Origin: a virus
Lineage: Duplodnaviria > Caudoviricetes
Virus record (IMG/VR): IMGVR_UViG_3300037782_000016
Span: 1-36,544 of that record
DNA: 36,544 nt
Reading direction: 5' to 3' (one strand)
The position numbers were made by a program, and so were the translations under genes. Below the pieces are notes generated by a model. That model was not told the DNA's origin. It worked only from the letters and a program-made list of their open reading frames with translations, and ran no database searches. Shown one piece after another: positions 1 to 8,362 of the stretch (positions within the stretch are counted from its first letter, which is position 1; every line of letters begins with the position of its first letter).

Positions 1-127
1 TGCTCTTTTTATCAGCCCATTTGTAGTTTCTGAGTTCGTTCTGTATGTTGTGGCTGTTTGGATCAACAACTATCTGATAGTCTTGCATCCACCTTATCCG
101 CTCTTGAACAATACCCGGTCGTTTAAA
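1..127. repeat. Terminal direct repeat, copy 1 (circular-assembly overlap)
   Basis: Bases 1-127 (tgctcttttt...gtttaaa) match 36418-36544. The 127-nt length is typical of an assembler k-mer overlap, and the TerL ORF reads across it. Confidence 0.95.
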
Positions 128-1075
128 GCAGGGTTGACAGTTTACGTTATTTTCGGTTAAGTAGTTGATGGTTAACTTATCCCCTATATCTGCAATCACT
201 ATACTTTTAGTACCGCAAACGTTCTTTATCTTCCTGGTTATGCTGCCAGCTGATAGGCCCGTTTCATACAGTTCCTCTTTGACGTATATTTTTTTCTTCT
301 TGTCGTCTATTCCGAAGCGGATGTTTGTTGTTGGGTCCGTGCTACCGAAGTCAACCCCGAAGCCTACGAAATAATTTGCGTCAAATTCTCCAGTTGTCCA
401 GCGTTTAAAGATAGCACCTTCCAGTGGTGCGTACTCGCCTTGTCCGTAAACTTTCCAGCGGTAAGGGTCTGCTGTTCCTTTGGCTTCGTTCTCTGGTGTC
501 GGCTCGTAGCTCTTTATGCGTTCGATTACTGAGGCTTTCAGGAAAGGGTTATGCTTAAACGTTGACTTGATGACCCTTACGTCATCGCGTTGCTCAAACT
601 TCTTTTCCGTTAACCAGAACTCGGACGAAGGGTTGAAGTCTACCCAAGTATGTATTGACGTTCGCACGTACACAGCGTCAAAAATATCATAGCTTATTCC
701 GTTGACCTCGTTGAAAAATGCAAACTCTCTCTTACCGCTTCGGGCGTCTTGCCCATCCTCATAGCTGGTAAACTCGATGATACTATCGTTGTGAAGCGTG
801 TAAACTCGGTCAGTTTTGTTATAGCTCTTAATGAGCTGGGCTATCTCTGGGTTGTTCTGCACTATGTTGTGCATATCCCTGATAGCGCCCTTCTTTAGGT
901 TCGGTATGTCTTGGCCTATAACGGTTGTAGTGCTTCCTGGGTGCTTCCAAGCTATTAACGGTAACGCGAGTAAAATGTTATACGTCTTTCCGCTTGAAGT
1001 GCCGCCACGATTAACGGTAATTGATACACCTTCGGGTATCTCGTAGTTTAGCTTGAATAGTTTGCTGGCTTTCAC
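1..1075 (-). CDS. terL: Terminase large subunit, 5' part (PBSX/SPP1-like); continues across the contig junction
   Basis: Not in the ORF track; translated by hand. GTG at 1075 overlaps the TerS stop (GTGA). Starts MKASKLFKLNYEIPEGVSITVNRGGTSSGKTYNIL (Walker A) and contains GKREFAFFNEVN (Walker B). About 386 aa in total. Confidence 0.93.
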   Translation of the reverse strand, partial: MKASKLFKLNYEIPEGVSITVNRGGTSSGKTYNILLALPLIAWKHPGSTTTVIGQDIPNLKKGAIRDMHNIVQNNPEIAQLIKSYNKTDRVYTLHNDSIIEFTSYEDGQDARSGKREFAFFNEVNGISYDIFDAVYVRTSIHTWVDFNPSSEFWLTEKKFEQRDDVRVIKSTFKHNPFLKASVIERIKSYEPTPENEAKGTADPYRWKVYGQGEYAPLEGAIFKRWTTGEFDANYFVGFGVDFGSTDPTTNIRFGIDDKKKKIYVKEELYETGLSAGSITRKIKNVCGTKSIVIADIGDKLTINYLTENNVNCQPCFKRPGIVQERIRWMQDYQIVVDPNSHNIQNELRNYKWADKKS

Positions 1076-1530
1076 TTCTCATCAGGATCATCGCCCTCTA
1101 TTTGAATATTGATGTCTTTGCCTGTGATTTTCGTCTCGCTTTCGGAGTGTTCTTTTAAACCTAAATCACGCGCAATAATGTTTCCACTAAATGCACCAAC
1201 GGCAGCACCTTCAAACTTTTGGGTAAACATAATCTGCTCCACACGCGTAATGATGTCCGAAAAATCTTCTCTCTTTTTGTAGTCAAACCAAGTGCTAGTG
1301 CCAATATCTAGGAACACACAAAGCCCTGTTATCGTGTATGGCGTTTCAGTCTCTCTATTAACTTCTTTAGCATCCTTACCAACCCAATCTGTTTTAACCC
1401 ACTTTCTAGCGTCCGTTGCTTCAAAATATTCCTTGCACGCTTCCCATAGTATTTCAGGGGATGAGAATATAAGGTCTCGTCCGTGTGTGGCTCGTTGCTT
1501 CCAGAATTGATTGCTTTTAGGTGCTGCCAT
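1072..1530 (-). CDS. terS: Terminase small subunit, P22 gp3-like
   Basis: N-terminus MAAPKSNQFW...HGR...SPEILWEACKEYF resembles P22 gp3 as recalled; also PYTITGLCVFLDI and FEGAAVG. Directly upstream of TerL. Confidence 0.9.
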   Translation of the reverse strand: MAAPKSNQFWKQRATHGRDLIFSSPEILWEACKEYFEATDARKWVKTDWVGKDAKEVNRETETPYTITGLCVFLDIGTSTWFDYKKREDFSDIITRVEQIMFTQKFEGAAVGAFSGNIIARDLGLKEHSESETKITGKDINIQIEGDDPDEK

Positions 1531-1536
1531 AGTCTT

Positions 1537-1848
1537 TTATCTTCCGCATTGGCTTACGCTGCCTTTGTAGCGTTTTCCGTTGCTGATACTGTCGAAGTGA
1601 AATGTTTTTAGTTCGATGTTATGCGCTTCATCCTCTCCAAAGCAAAACATCTCTTGTTCCGTTGGTAGGTTGGTTTCGTTTCCTTGCTCGTCCGTTACAC
1701 TCGTCAGTACCTTACACTCTAAACAAATTTCTTCCTCTTCCTTAGTGCATGAGGTAAGTGTTAGAGCTGTAAGTACAGCTGCATAGAAAATGTAGTCGAT
1801 CCAGTCTATTAGGATTATTCCGAGTTTTGATTTCTTCCCGTCTTTCAT
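1537..1848 (-). CDS. Putative lipoprotein
   Basis: Basic N-terminus, hydrophobic stretch, lipobox-like LTSC followed by TKEEEE, and four further Cys residues. Confidence 0.65.
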   Translation of the reverse strand: MKDGKKSKLGIILIDWIDYIFYAAVLTALTLTSCTKEEEEICLECKVLTSVTDEQGNETNLPTEQEMFCFGEDEAHNIELKTFHFDSISNGKRYKGSVSQCGR

Positions 1849-1850
1849 AA

Positions 1851-2300
1851 TTACAAATTTAGTTGTTTTAAAATTAATTTCCGAATTGAGGGTAATACCT
1901 CTTTGATTAGTATTTCTTTTGATTCGTCTGTGAGTCCGAAGATAATCCCTCCACCCGTTGCGTTGGCTACTTTATCGGCTAGGTCAACATCGTCTTTTTG
2001 AGTGTCTCCGGTCCACGTTATAGCATTTTCCGTTAACCCTGTTATTTTGAAGCTGCGATAAAAGTCTCCAGTATCGTATAGAGTCCAGTTTGTGTTTGGC
2101 TTTCCGAATACTACTTGACTGGTGCGGCTGTATAGCGGCATCTTTGACCCATCCTCGAGCGTTCCGAATCTCAACTGACCCTCTCTATTCAGATCGAGTA
2201 TCATTTTTTGATTCGGTTGGTTGTTGAACACCAATAGAAACACCTTGCCCGTGTTTAGGTCTTGAATATCCTTTGCTAGTTTAATCGCTTTTTCCATCAC
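1851..2300 (-). CDS. Putative tail-completion/neck protein (HK97 gp10-like)
   Basis: LYDTGDFYRSF and IFGLTDE motifs resemble the LxDTGxL family of phage neck proteins. Confidence 0.55.
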   Translation of the reverse strand: MMEKAIKLAKDIQDLNTGKVFLLVFNNQPNQKMILDLNREGQLRFGTLEDGSKMPLYSRTSQVVFGKPNTNWTLYDTGDFYRSFKITGLTENAITWTGDTQKDDVDLADKVANATGGGIIFGLTDESKEILIKEVLPSIRKLILKQLNL

Positions 2301-2503
2301 TTCAAAGGTACAATCGTTTTAAATTCCCGCCCTTTCCAAGTGAAGGTGTCGGTGTTTGGGTTTTCCTGACGTGCTTTGTGCCTGGCATGTCTGAGCGTGC
2401 TAGTGTCCTTTCCTAGATAATACCTATTCGCGGCTGCTAGGTTGACGAAGTATTGATCGGGCTTTCCCTTCTCTCTTGCTCTTATGAATTTTCGGATGCT
2501 CAT
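2297..2503 (-). CDS. Hypothetical protein
   Basis: 68-aa ORF with 4-nt overlaps to both neighbours. Confidence 0.6.
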   Translation of the reverse strand: MSIRKFIRAREKGKPDQYFVNLAAANRYYLGKDTSTLRHARHKARQENPNTDTFTWKGREFKTIVPLK

Positions 2504-2763
2504 TCGCTTTCTTTTGTGGTTATTCTAATCCCCTTGACATCGGTCTTGCCGTCATCTATCCAAATGAAAGAGCCTTTAGCAATTTCAGTATTTGACAGCC
2601 CCTTCGTTTCTTTAGGATGTAATTCCCTGATTTGGCTAATTGTGTGCTGGTAATTTATTAGCCATTGCGCTGTGTCAATCGCCAACCTTTGAACATTCTC
2701 GCTGTTCACTGTATTACACAAATCATCAAATGATTTTATTTCGTATTCTTTGTCTTTGCTCAT
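2500..2763 (-). CDS. Hypothetical protein
   Basis: Track ORF 2500-2805; the more likely start is MSKDKEY at 2763, coupled to the upstream stop. Confidence 0.6.
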   Translation of the reverse strand: MSKDKEYEIKSFDDLCNTVNSENVQRLAIDTAQWLINYQHTISQIRELHPKETKGLSNTEIAKGSFIWIDDGKTDVKGIRITTKESE

Positions 2764-3083
2764 TATCCTAGTGCTTTTGCTATTGCCTTGTTTCGCATAT
2801 CCCATATTTTTTTAGGGATTGAATTGTCGTCGTTTTCAATGCTCATTAGAGCGTGAAGTAAATCGGGTGCTGCGGATATTAGCCTTGCGTTGGCAACTGC
2901 TTCTTCATTTTTTTTGTTTCCGCATAGCGAGACTAGAAGGTTTCCATCGACCGTATCTTTTGACTCTATCCCAACGCCAATAATACCTTCTTTTCTAATT
3001 TCAATAGTGCCGCTTCTTGACTTTCCTTTTTTAATTTCAAATACAATCCACTCTCCCTTTGTTCCTTTAAACTCGTTGCTCAT
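2763..3083 (-). CDS. Conserved phage hypothetical protein
   Basis: TKGEW N-terminus and ANARLISAAPDLL motif, common in small phage early proteins. Confidence 0.7.
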   Translation of the reverse strand: MSNEFKGTKGEWIVFEIKKGKSRSGTIEIRKEGIIGVGIESKDTVDGNLLVSLCGNKKNEEAVANARLISAAPDLLHALMSIENDDNSIPKKIWDMRNKAIAKALG

Positions 3084-3397
3084 TGGTTTCCTTTCGTTAA
3101 TGCAAGTATTGCCTGACTTAAATCTCTGACTGTTCCACCACTTAAATCTGTGATTGATTTTATTAAGTCTCGGTTTGTTTTTTCTTGCTCATTTATTCGG
3201 TTGTTTAGCGATTCAATCTCGCCCCTTAACCGAGTAACCTCGACCCCGTCTCGGCTCATTGCATCATACACATCACTCGAAACTAATATGCTATTATCGT
3301 TTCGATAATTCAGCTGCTTAATTTCCTTGTCCTTTTCGTTCAATTCCGATTTCAGCTGCTTTATCTCAGCTTCTAATTGTGCTTTAGTTTTTCTCAT
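3080..3397 (-). CDS. Coiled-coil hypothetical protein
   Basis: Heptad-rich 105-aa ORF within the operon. Confidence 0.65.
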   Translation of the reverse strand: MRKTKAQLEAEIKQLKSELNEKDKEIKQLNYRNDNSILVSSDVYDAMSRDGVEVTRLRGEIESLNNRINEQEKTNRDLIKSITDLSGGTVRDLSQAILALTKGNQ

Positions 3398-3400
3398 TGG

Positions 3401-3601
3401 TTAATTTAATTTGCTGATTCGTATTTCGTTGTAAAGCTGCATTGCCTTCCTAAACTTTATTTTTATTTCATTCTTGTTAGCCCCAAATACAACTGGACCA
3501 CCATCCCCATCAACTAATGAACATGAGTATGTACGTTTCTGAACACTGTAAATGTACCTGACTTTTTTCCCGTCAATCTCTCCGTACGAAACTGCGCTCA
3601 T
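3401..3601 (-). CDS. Small hypothetical protein, possibly HicB-like fold
   Basis: YSCSLVDGDGGPVVFGANKNEIKIKFRKAMQLY loosely follows the HicB N-terminal pattern. Confidence 0.45.
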   Translation of the reverse strand: MSAVSYGEIDGKKVRYIYSVQKRTYSCSLVDGDGGPVVFGANKNEIKIKFRKAMQLYNEIRISKLN

Positions 3602-4308
3602 TGTTCTTTGGTGTTTAGTGCTTCCTTCATTTTGTTAAGCAAGATTTCGTTTTTTTTCTGATTTGGCTTTATTGTTTCTGCGTGCCTTAACGTTGCAACC
3701 ATCCTTTCTAAGACTTCAACATCCCAACGCTCAACAACCATATTAGGCTGCTTCTTTTTCGATTCCGACTTATTGGGAATGAAGTATATCGTTCCTTCTG
3801 AAAGTTCGTCTCGGCAATCTGATTCCGCTTCCTCAACTATCTCTGCCCATTTACCTGTTTCGGGGTCGAATAGGAAAATAGGACGCTTATTAATAGCTCT
3901 TGCAATAAGGGCAAACTCTCCATATTCGGCATCAAAATAAAACTTACTGTCACCCAATACAACTGTGTTTTCTCCGCAAAGGTACTTAACCACATCCCCC
4001 TTCTTATACTTCTTCTCTGCGTAAGCAATTAGCTTTTCTTTAAATTCCTCTGGGTCGGCTTCGGTGAAGTAATGTTTTACCCAATCATTTCTAACACCAT
4101 AAACCCCATCATAATGAAAGCCAAAGCCTTTAAAAGACTTCTCACTTTTTCCATTACCAATATTAAGTACGATAGACCCAAATGCACTCTTATAAACCTT
4201 CCTCACCTCGAACTCAGGCTCTTTTTCCGTGTTCAGAAACTCCCTGTATAGGTCTAACTTAAAACTCTCGATTTTACTGTCTATCTGTTCTTTGATTTCC
4301 CGTTTCAT
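3598..4308 (-). CDS. Hypothetical protein
   Basis: 236-aa ORF coupled to its neighbours; contains GKWAEIV. Confidence 0.7.
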   Translation of the reverse strand: MKREIKEQIDSKIESFKLDLYREFLNTEKEPEFEVRKVYKSAFGSIVLNIGNGKSEKSFKGFGFHYDGVYGVRNDWVKHYFTEADPEEFKEKLIAYAEKKYKKGDVVKYLCGENTVVLGDSKFYFDAEYGEFALIARAINKRPIFLFDPETGKWAEIVEEAESDCRDELSEGTIYFIPNKSESKKKQPNMVVERWDVEVLERMVATLRHAETIKPNQKKNEILLNKMKEALNTKEQ

Positions 4309-4544
4309 TTCTCTTCGTTTTTTTCGGTCATTAATTTATAGGCTATTGCAAAGGCTACTGATAGTATTACGCAAGTAAAAACCATCTTTACCCAAAACGT
4401 TTCATTCGTCCAGATCGCGGCTATTGTTGATATGAATATGCCGTAAAAAAACAGCATCCCATAAGCGTTGATAATTTTAGGCCAGAAGTCTTTGGTGTTT
4501 ACATATTCCCCGATAATGATAAAAAGCCTTTTAATCGCTTTCAT
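4305..4544 (-). CDS. Small membrane protein (2 TM)
   Basis: Two hydrophobic segments. Confidence 0.65.
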   Translation of the reverse strand: MKAIKRLFIIIGEYVNTKDFWPKIINAYGMLFFYGIFISTIAAIWTNETFWVKMVFTCVILSVAFAIAYKLMTEKNEEK

Positions 4545-4927
4545 TTCTCTTGTGGTTTTAGTTCCTCTCCAGTTAGTGAGTGAAACAAGTTTTGTATTTC
4601 GTGGATGTATTCAAGTCTGATTTGAAAAGACTCTGGAAAATTATCGTCTAAATAAAAATGCCGCCTCTCTCCCGTACTTACAATTCTAATAGACCAGCTT
4701 ACTTTAAACTCTGGAAAATCTATTAAACTGAAATAACTGTTGTTATCTTGAAATCCCAAGTCCGTTAACCTTCCCTCTGTTATCGGGATGCCGACATAAA
4801 CCATGTCAGATTCTTCAATTAGGCATATCTGCTCTGCGTCTAACTTTATTTGACAGGCTGGGACACCCTCTAATGTTTCAAAGACTAGATTACCTACCCT
4901 TACATCTTGTTGTTTTAATACTTTCAT
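4541..4927 (-). CDS. Phage hypothetical protein, paralog of 17757-18218
   Basis: RVGNLV...IPITEGRLTDLGF...YIHEIQNLFHSLTGEEL. Confidence 0.7.
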   Translation of the reverse strand: MKVLKQQDVRVGNLVFETLEGVPACQIKLDAEQICLIEESDMVYVGIPITEGRLTDLGFQDNNSYFSLIDFPEFKVSWSIRIVSTGERRHFYLDDNFPESFQIRLEYIHEIQNLFHSLTGEELKPQEK

Positions 4928-4957
4928 TTCTCTACTTGTTTTGGTTTAAATTCTTAA

Positions 4958-4989
4958 CGAATGTACGCTTTTCGCGTTAATTTTGCAAA
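4958..4989 (-). promoter_or_regulatory. Bacteroidota-type promoter (variant -7 box)
   Basis: Minus strand TTTG-N20-TACATTCG upstream of the 4927 start. Confidence 0.55.
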
Positions 4990-5008
4990 CGTTTCGCTCG
5001 AGTTAATG

Positions 5009-5377
5009 TTATTTTTCAAGTCGCCTAACTGAGTACCCGTTCTCGTATGCCCAAGTCGGGTTTTCCGTTATCTTTTTGTGGCAGCCCCTGCAAACCGCCA
5101 TAAAGTAACGCACATCGCTTAAAAACTCTCCTCGCCCCTTCTTGTGGTGCAGTTCAGTTGACTTGTTTTGGCAGCCATCTACCTCGCATTTGGGGTGATT
5201 CCGCATATAAGGGTCGCGAACCTTTCGATATTCAGCGAGTAGTTTAACTTGTTTACTAGAAATAGCCTTAATCGGCTTCTTCGTCTCGATCCGCTTTCTT
5301 TTCATAGGGTGGTATTTGCACCTTCCCTTACTCCAAGCTGGGTTATTGCAGTTTCCGTATGTGCAGGTCTTTGGCAT
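5009..5377 (-). CDS. HNH endonuclease
   Basis: HPKCEVDGC...ELHHKKGRG...FMAVCRGCHKKI. Likely ATG at 5377 (MPKTC). Confidence 0.85.
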   Translation of the reverse strand: MPKTCTYGNCNNPAWSKGRCKYHPMKRKRIETKKPIKAISSKQVKLLAEYRKVRDPYMRNHPKCEVDGCQNKSTELHHKKGRGEFLSDVRYFMAVCRGCHKKITENPTWAYENGYSVRRLEK

Positions 5378-5482
5378 ATTTTGTTTTTGTGTTTGCAATG
5401 GATATTACTTCATTCCGCTTATTATCTGTCTTTCGCGCTAGATATATCAAGTGGTTGCTGTTAGACGTAGTTGTGCAACATA

Positions 5483-5710
5483 CTAAGAAACTTCTTCCGT
5501 TTGTCGCCAAGTGTGCCAAGGGTAGTTAATCTCAAAGTATGCTATTGCACTTTCTCTATCTTGTTCGGTTACTTTTATCTCAAACTTTTCACCTTCATAA
5601 ATTCCCGTGAATAGAAAAATACGTTGCACAACATTGGCTAAACCAACATTTTTACCTAAGTTATCTGTTCGCCATTGTGCTGATTTTGATTCTCTTTCTT
5701 CTGTTGTCAT
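5483..5710 (-). CDS. Cassette-borne hypothetical protein
   Basis: 75-aa ORF that starts inside attC-like site 5621-5757 and ends next to the cassette boundary GTTGTGCAACAT (5470-5481). Confidence 0.65.
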   Translation of the reverse strand: MTTEERESKSAQWRTDNLGKNVGLANVVQRIFLFTGIYEGEKFEIKVTEQDRESAIAYFEINYPWHTWRQTEEVS

Positions 5711-5757
5711 ATCTAATCTGTTTAAAACGTTGTTTAGCCTTAGCCGTTGTGCTTCAT
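5621..5757 (+). mobile_element. attC-like site, array 1
   Basis: ACGTTGCACAAC, then GGCTAAACCAACATTTT pairing with AAAACGTTGTTTAGCC (one extra C in the left arm), then GTTGTGC at 5746. Confidence 0.75.
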
Positions 5758-6623
5758 TACCTCATAGCCTTTCTAATCTCAGCAACCGCAGTAGGGCTTC
5801 TCATTGCCGTCCAATGGTCTAGCAAGTCATCTTTTACCGTGCTGCTATCCGTGAAGGGTGTCGTGTCTAGTATTTCAACACCGCGTGGTAATACGTCCGT
5901 TGTGCTTCCGTTTCCTAGCCTCCCTTTCCCGTAGTTCTTAGTGTATTTACTCACAATTCCCGTTACCTCATCGCTTTCATTTATGACTACAATGGTCTTT
6001 CGGGCTATTCGATTAATGTCCCTCATATAGCTTCGATCAAAAACATCTTCGTCAACGTCTGGATGAAGCATTACGATGTTTTTAAAGACTTTCACTTTCT
6101 TATCCTCGTCAATGTTCTTTAGCATAGCCTCCAAAACTTGATTTCCCATTGAATGACAGAATAAATTGATTTCCCCTAAACAATCGGCCCTTTCCTCGAT
6201 TAAGTAAGTTACCATTCGATTGAAGATTTGCGCTAGGTTTGCGCCCGTTCTTTTAGCGTCCTGACTATCGTTGTGGTAGGCGTTGATTAACCTACCGATA
6301 CTGGACCAACTTTGCAGAATAAAATGGTCGCTTGGATAAAGCTCCCGAATCTTGTCGGCCATCTTAATTGACTTCTCAAAGGTATTCGCAAAGCCGTGAA
6401 TGAAGATGTTGAGCTTACTACCTGGTTTATCCTTCATAGACTTGTAGATGTCCGTAAACATCGTCTTAGTCGGGTAGTGGTTGATAGTGTTCTGGATTAA
6501 ATGCTCGTAGTCGTTCAGATCATCACCGCACTTTAGCACTTTGAATGATTGGGTTGCTGGCTCGATTCCTTTGCTTACTACTTTCCCGTTAAAGATTGTC
6601 CTATTGGTTAAAATGTGATTCAT
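5757..6623 (-). CDS. Alpha/beta hydrolase (DUF900-like esterase/lipase)
   Basis: IFIHGFAN oxyanion motif, LFCHSMGNQV nucleophile elbow, SWSS, NESD and a C-terminal DH. Confidence 0.85.
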   Translation of the reverse strand: MNHILTNRTIFNGKVVSKGIEPATQSFKVLKCGDDLNDYEHLIQNTINHYPTKTMFTDIYKSMKDKPGSKLNIFIHGFANTFEKSIKMADKIRELYPSDHFILQSWSSIGRLINAYHNDSQDAKRTGANLAQIFNRMVTYLIEERADCLGEINLFCHSMGNQVLEAMLKNIDEDKKVKVFKNIVMLHPDVDEDVFDRSYMRDINRIARKTIVVINESDEVTGIVSKYTKNYGKGRLGNGSTTDVLPRGVEILDTTPFTDSSTVKDDLLDHWTAMRSPTAVAEIRKAMR

Positions 6624-6674
6624 TGTTTTGGGTTTAGGTTTTAGTTATTAAATATTGTTGGGTAATTGTGCTAA

Positions 6675-6914
6675 TCAACAATCTGGACACTCTATCTCTA
6701 TTCCGAATACTTTGTCATGTAGTTTCTTTGAGCCGTTACAAGTTTGGCATAACTGTTCGCTTTGCCCCTGATTAGGTGTGGTTAATGCTTGTTCCTCGTT
6801 TCCAAGAAACTGATTTGTGCATAACCCAATGATTGCTTTTTCACGATTTGTTAGGCTTTCAGGCTTTATTCCGTACTCATCCTCTAATCTGTCAATAACC
6901 GTACATCTATTCAT
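6675..6914 (-). CDS. Hypothetical protein with C-terminal zinc finger
   Basis: CQTCNG...ECPDC. Confidence 0.6.
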   Translation of the reverse strand: MNRCTVIDRLEDEYGIKPESLTNREKAIIGLCTNQFLGNEEQALTTPNQGQSEQLCQTCNGSKKLHDKVFGIEIECPDC

Positions 6915-7280
6915 CTATTCTTCCTCCATTTCGTTAGCCGCTGCCAGCATTTCGTTGGCTGTTTGCCTATACCTTAACGCTATTTCTTTATAAGCCATAG
7001 CATCATTAACGTCCAAAGCATCATTGGAAAGCTTTTCGCGAATCTTAGATTGTTTAGCTAAAGCGTGTGAAGACAAATAAAGCTCATTAATATCCATGTA
7101 AACCATTGCAACTTCACACTCAGCATCATCGCCATAGCTGCCTACGCTAGTGCCGTCCTCGTTGTACCAATCGCCCTTATCGTCCTTGAAGGCTGTCTTG
7201 CCATCACTACTACGGCTGTCTTTCATTGTCCTTACCTCTCCGTTGTTCAGGCGGTAGGTCTTGTCTAGTTTTAGTTTCAT
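6915..7280 (-). CDS. Hypothetical protein
   Basis: 121-aa ORF coupled to its neighbours. Confidence 0.65.
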   Translation of the reverse strand: MKLKLDKTYRLNNGEVRTMKDSRSSDGKTAFKDDKGDWYNEDGTSVGSYGDDAECEVAMVYMDINELYLSSHALAKQSKIREKLSNDALDVNDAMAYKEIALRYRQTANEMLAAANEMEEE

Positions 7281-7702
7281 TGCTTCTCGTTTAGTTCGTT
7301 AATGTCAATTGCTAGTCCTGATTCGATGAGTCCGAAAACATCGAAGTGCCACTTTAATAGATTTTCTACTTGACAATAAGCCATTTCTAATGGCGAGTCA
7401 ATTTCATGCATCTCGCCATCAAACCCAGCTTCCATTATGGAGTCATCATCATTTATCTGAATGGTTGTCCAATCACTTAAAACATCAATTGGCACAAACC
7501 TCTCTCCCTTATGCTCAATCTCTTTGGTTAGGTCTGATAAGGGGCGTAGGATGGGTTTATAGTCTTCGTACAGTATTTCTCTATTTATAAATCCATTTGT
7601 GCAAGATTTTAAAATTTCAATTCTGTTTCTAAAGCCCCCCTTCAACCCATACGGAAGGTATGGCGCAAGGTCTTTAATCTCTAACTGTCTTTCTGTTTTC
7701 AT
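7277..7702 (-). CDS. Conserved phage hypothetical protein
   Basis: LAPYLPYGLK...KPILRPLSDLTKEI...WHFDVFGLIE. Start moved to ATG 7702 because a promoter lies at 7723-7754. Confidence 0.7.
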   Translation of the reverse strand: MKTERQLEIKDLAPYLPYGLKGGFRNRIEILKSCTNGFINREILYEDYKPILRPLSDLTKEIEHKGERFVPIDVLSDWTTIQINDDDSIMEAGFDGEMHEIDSPLEMAYCQVENLLKWHFDVFGLIESGLAIDINELNEKQ

Positions 7703-7722
7703 ACTCGTAATTTTGGTTTTGT

Positions 7723-7754
7723 CAAATATACAATAAACATTCTTTCGGGGCAAA
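7723..7754 (-). promoter_or_regulatory. Bacteroidota sigmaABfr-type promoter
   Basis: Minus strand TTTG-N20-TATATTTG. Confidence 0.75.
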
Positions 7755-7762
7755 CGTTAACC

Positions 7763-8362
7763 TTATAGCTTTAAAAGTGCCTCTTTTGTTCCCTTCCAAC
7801 TTCCCTTATTCCGCTGAGACCTTAAACGGTTCTCCTGCTTCTGCATAGTGCGGTAAACGTTTTCTAGCTTAGTCAAGCCGTTGGGTATCTCCAGTATTAT
7901 CCTTTCGGCTATGTCCCTGGCTCGTGCGTATTTTAACGCAACTTCCAGCCCTAAATCGATGACTATCTCGCAATCGGAGTCGTCTTTGTTGAAGTAGGCC
8001 ACTTCTAATATTTCCCTTGCCTCGTCATAAATCGCTGCATATTCTTTGTCCTGAACGTAGTCGGTGTGATGCGTTCCCGTTTCGTCTTTCGTGTAATGCG
8101 TTGCCGTTGCGTGGTCGCGCCCAATCAAGGCAGCAATATGACTTGCTGGTAACTTCTCGCAGAATGATACACTCGCACTCGTGAACGCTTGTCGTACCCT
8201 TATTATTGGTCTGTCCCGGACGCTAGACTTCAACATCTCTATGCTTATTCCCTGAGTTTCACAGAGCGTTTCCCTCATTTCCAGAACCGCTTTTAGTTCC
8301 CGAATGTACTTTACGCTCCTATCCTTTGCGTCCTCAATTATTGTTTTTTCTTGCTTTTTCAT
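7763..8362 (-). CDS. DnaA C-terminal-like HTH DNA-binding protein
   Basis: RDRPIIRVRQ...IAALIGRDHATATHY matches the DnaA_C GRDHxTVxH signature. Confidence 0.75.
   Translation of the reverse strand: MKKQEKTIIEDAKDRSVKYIRELKAVLEMRETLCETQGISIEMLKSSVRDRPIIRVRQAFTSASVSFCEKLPASHIAALIGRDHATATHYTKDETGTHHTDYVQDKEYAAIYDEAREILEVAYFNKDDSDCEIVIDLGLEVALKYARARDIAERIILEIPNGLTKLENVYRTMQKQENRLRSQRNKGSWKGTKEALLKL

Noticed and set aside
5454-5481. Third copy of the attI-like site at the head of array 1
   Set aside because: Several GTT cores are present (including GTTAGAC at 5460), but the sequence does not align with the 37-bp motif; it may be a secondary insertion site.
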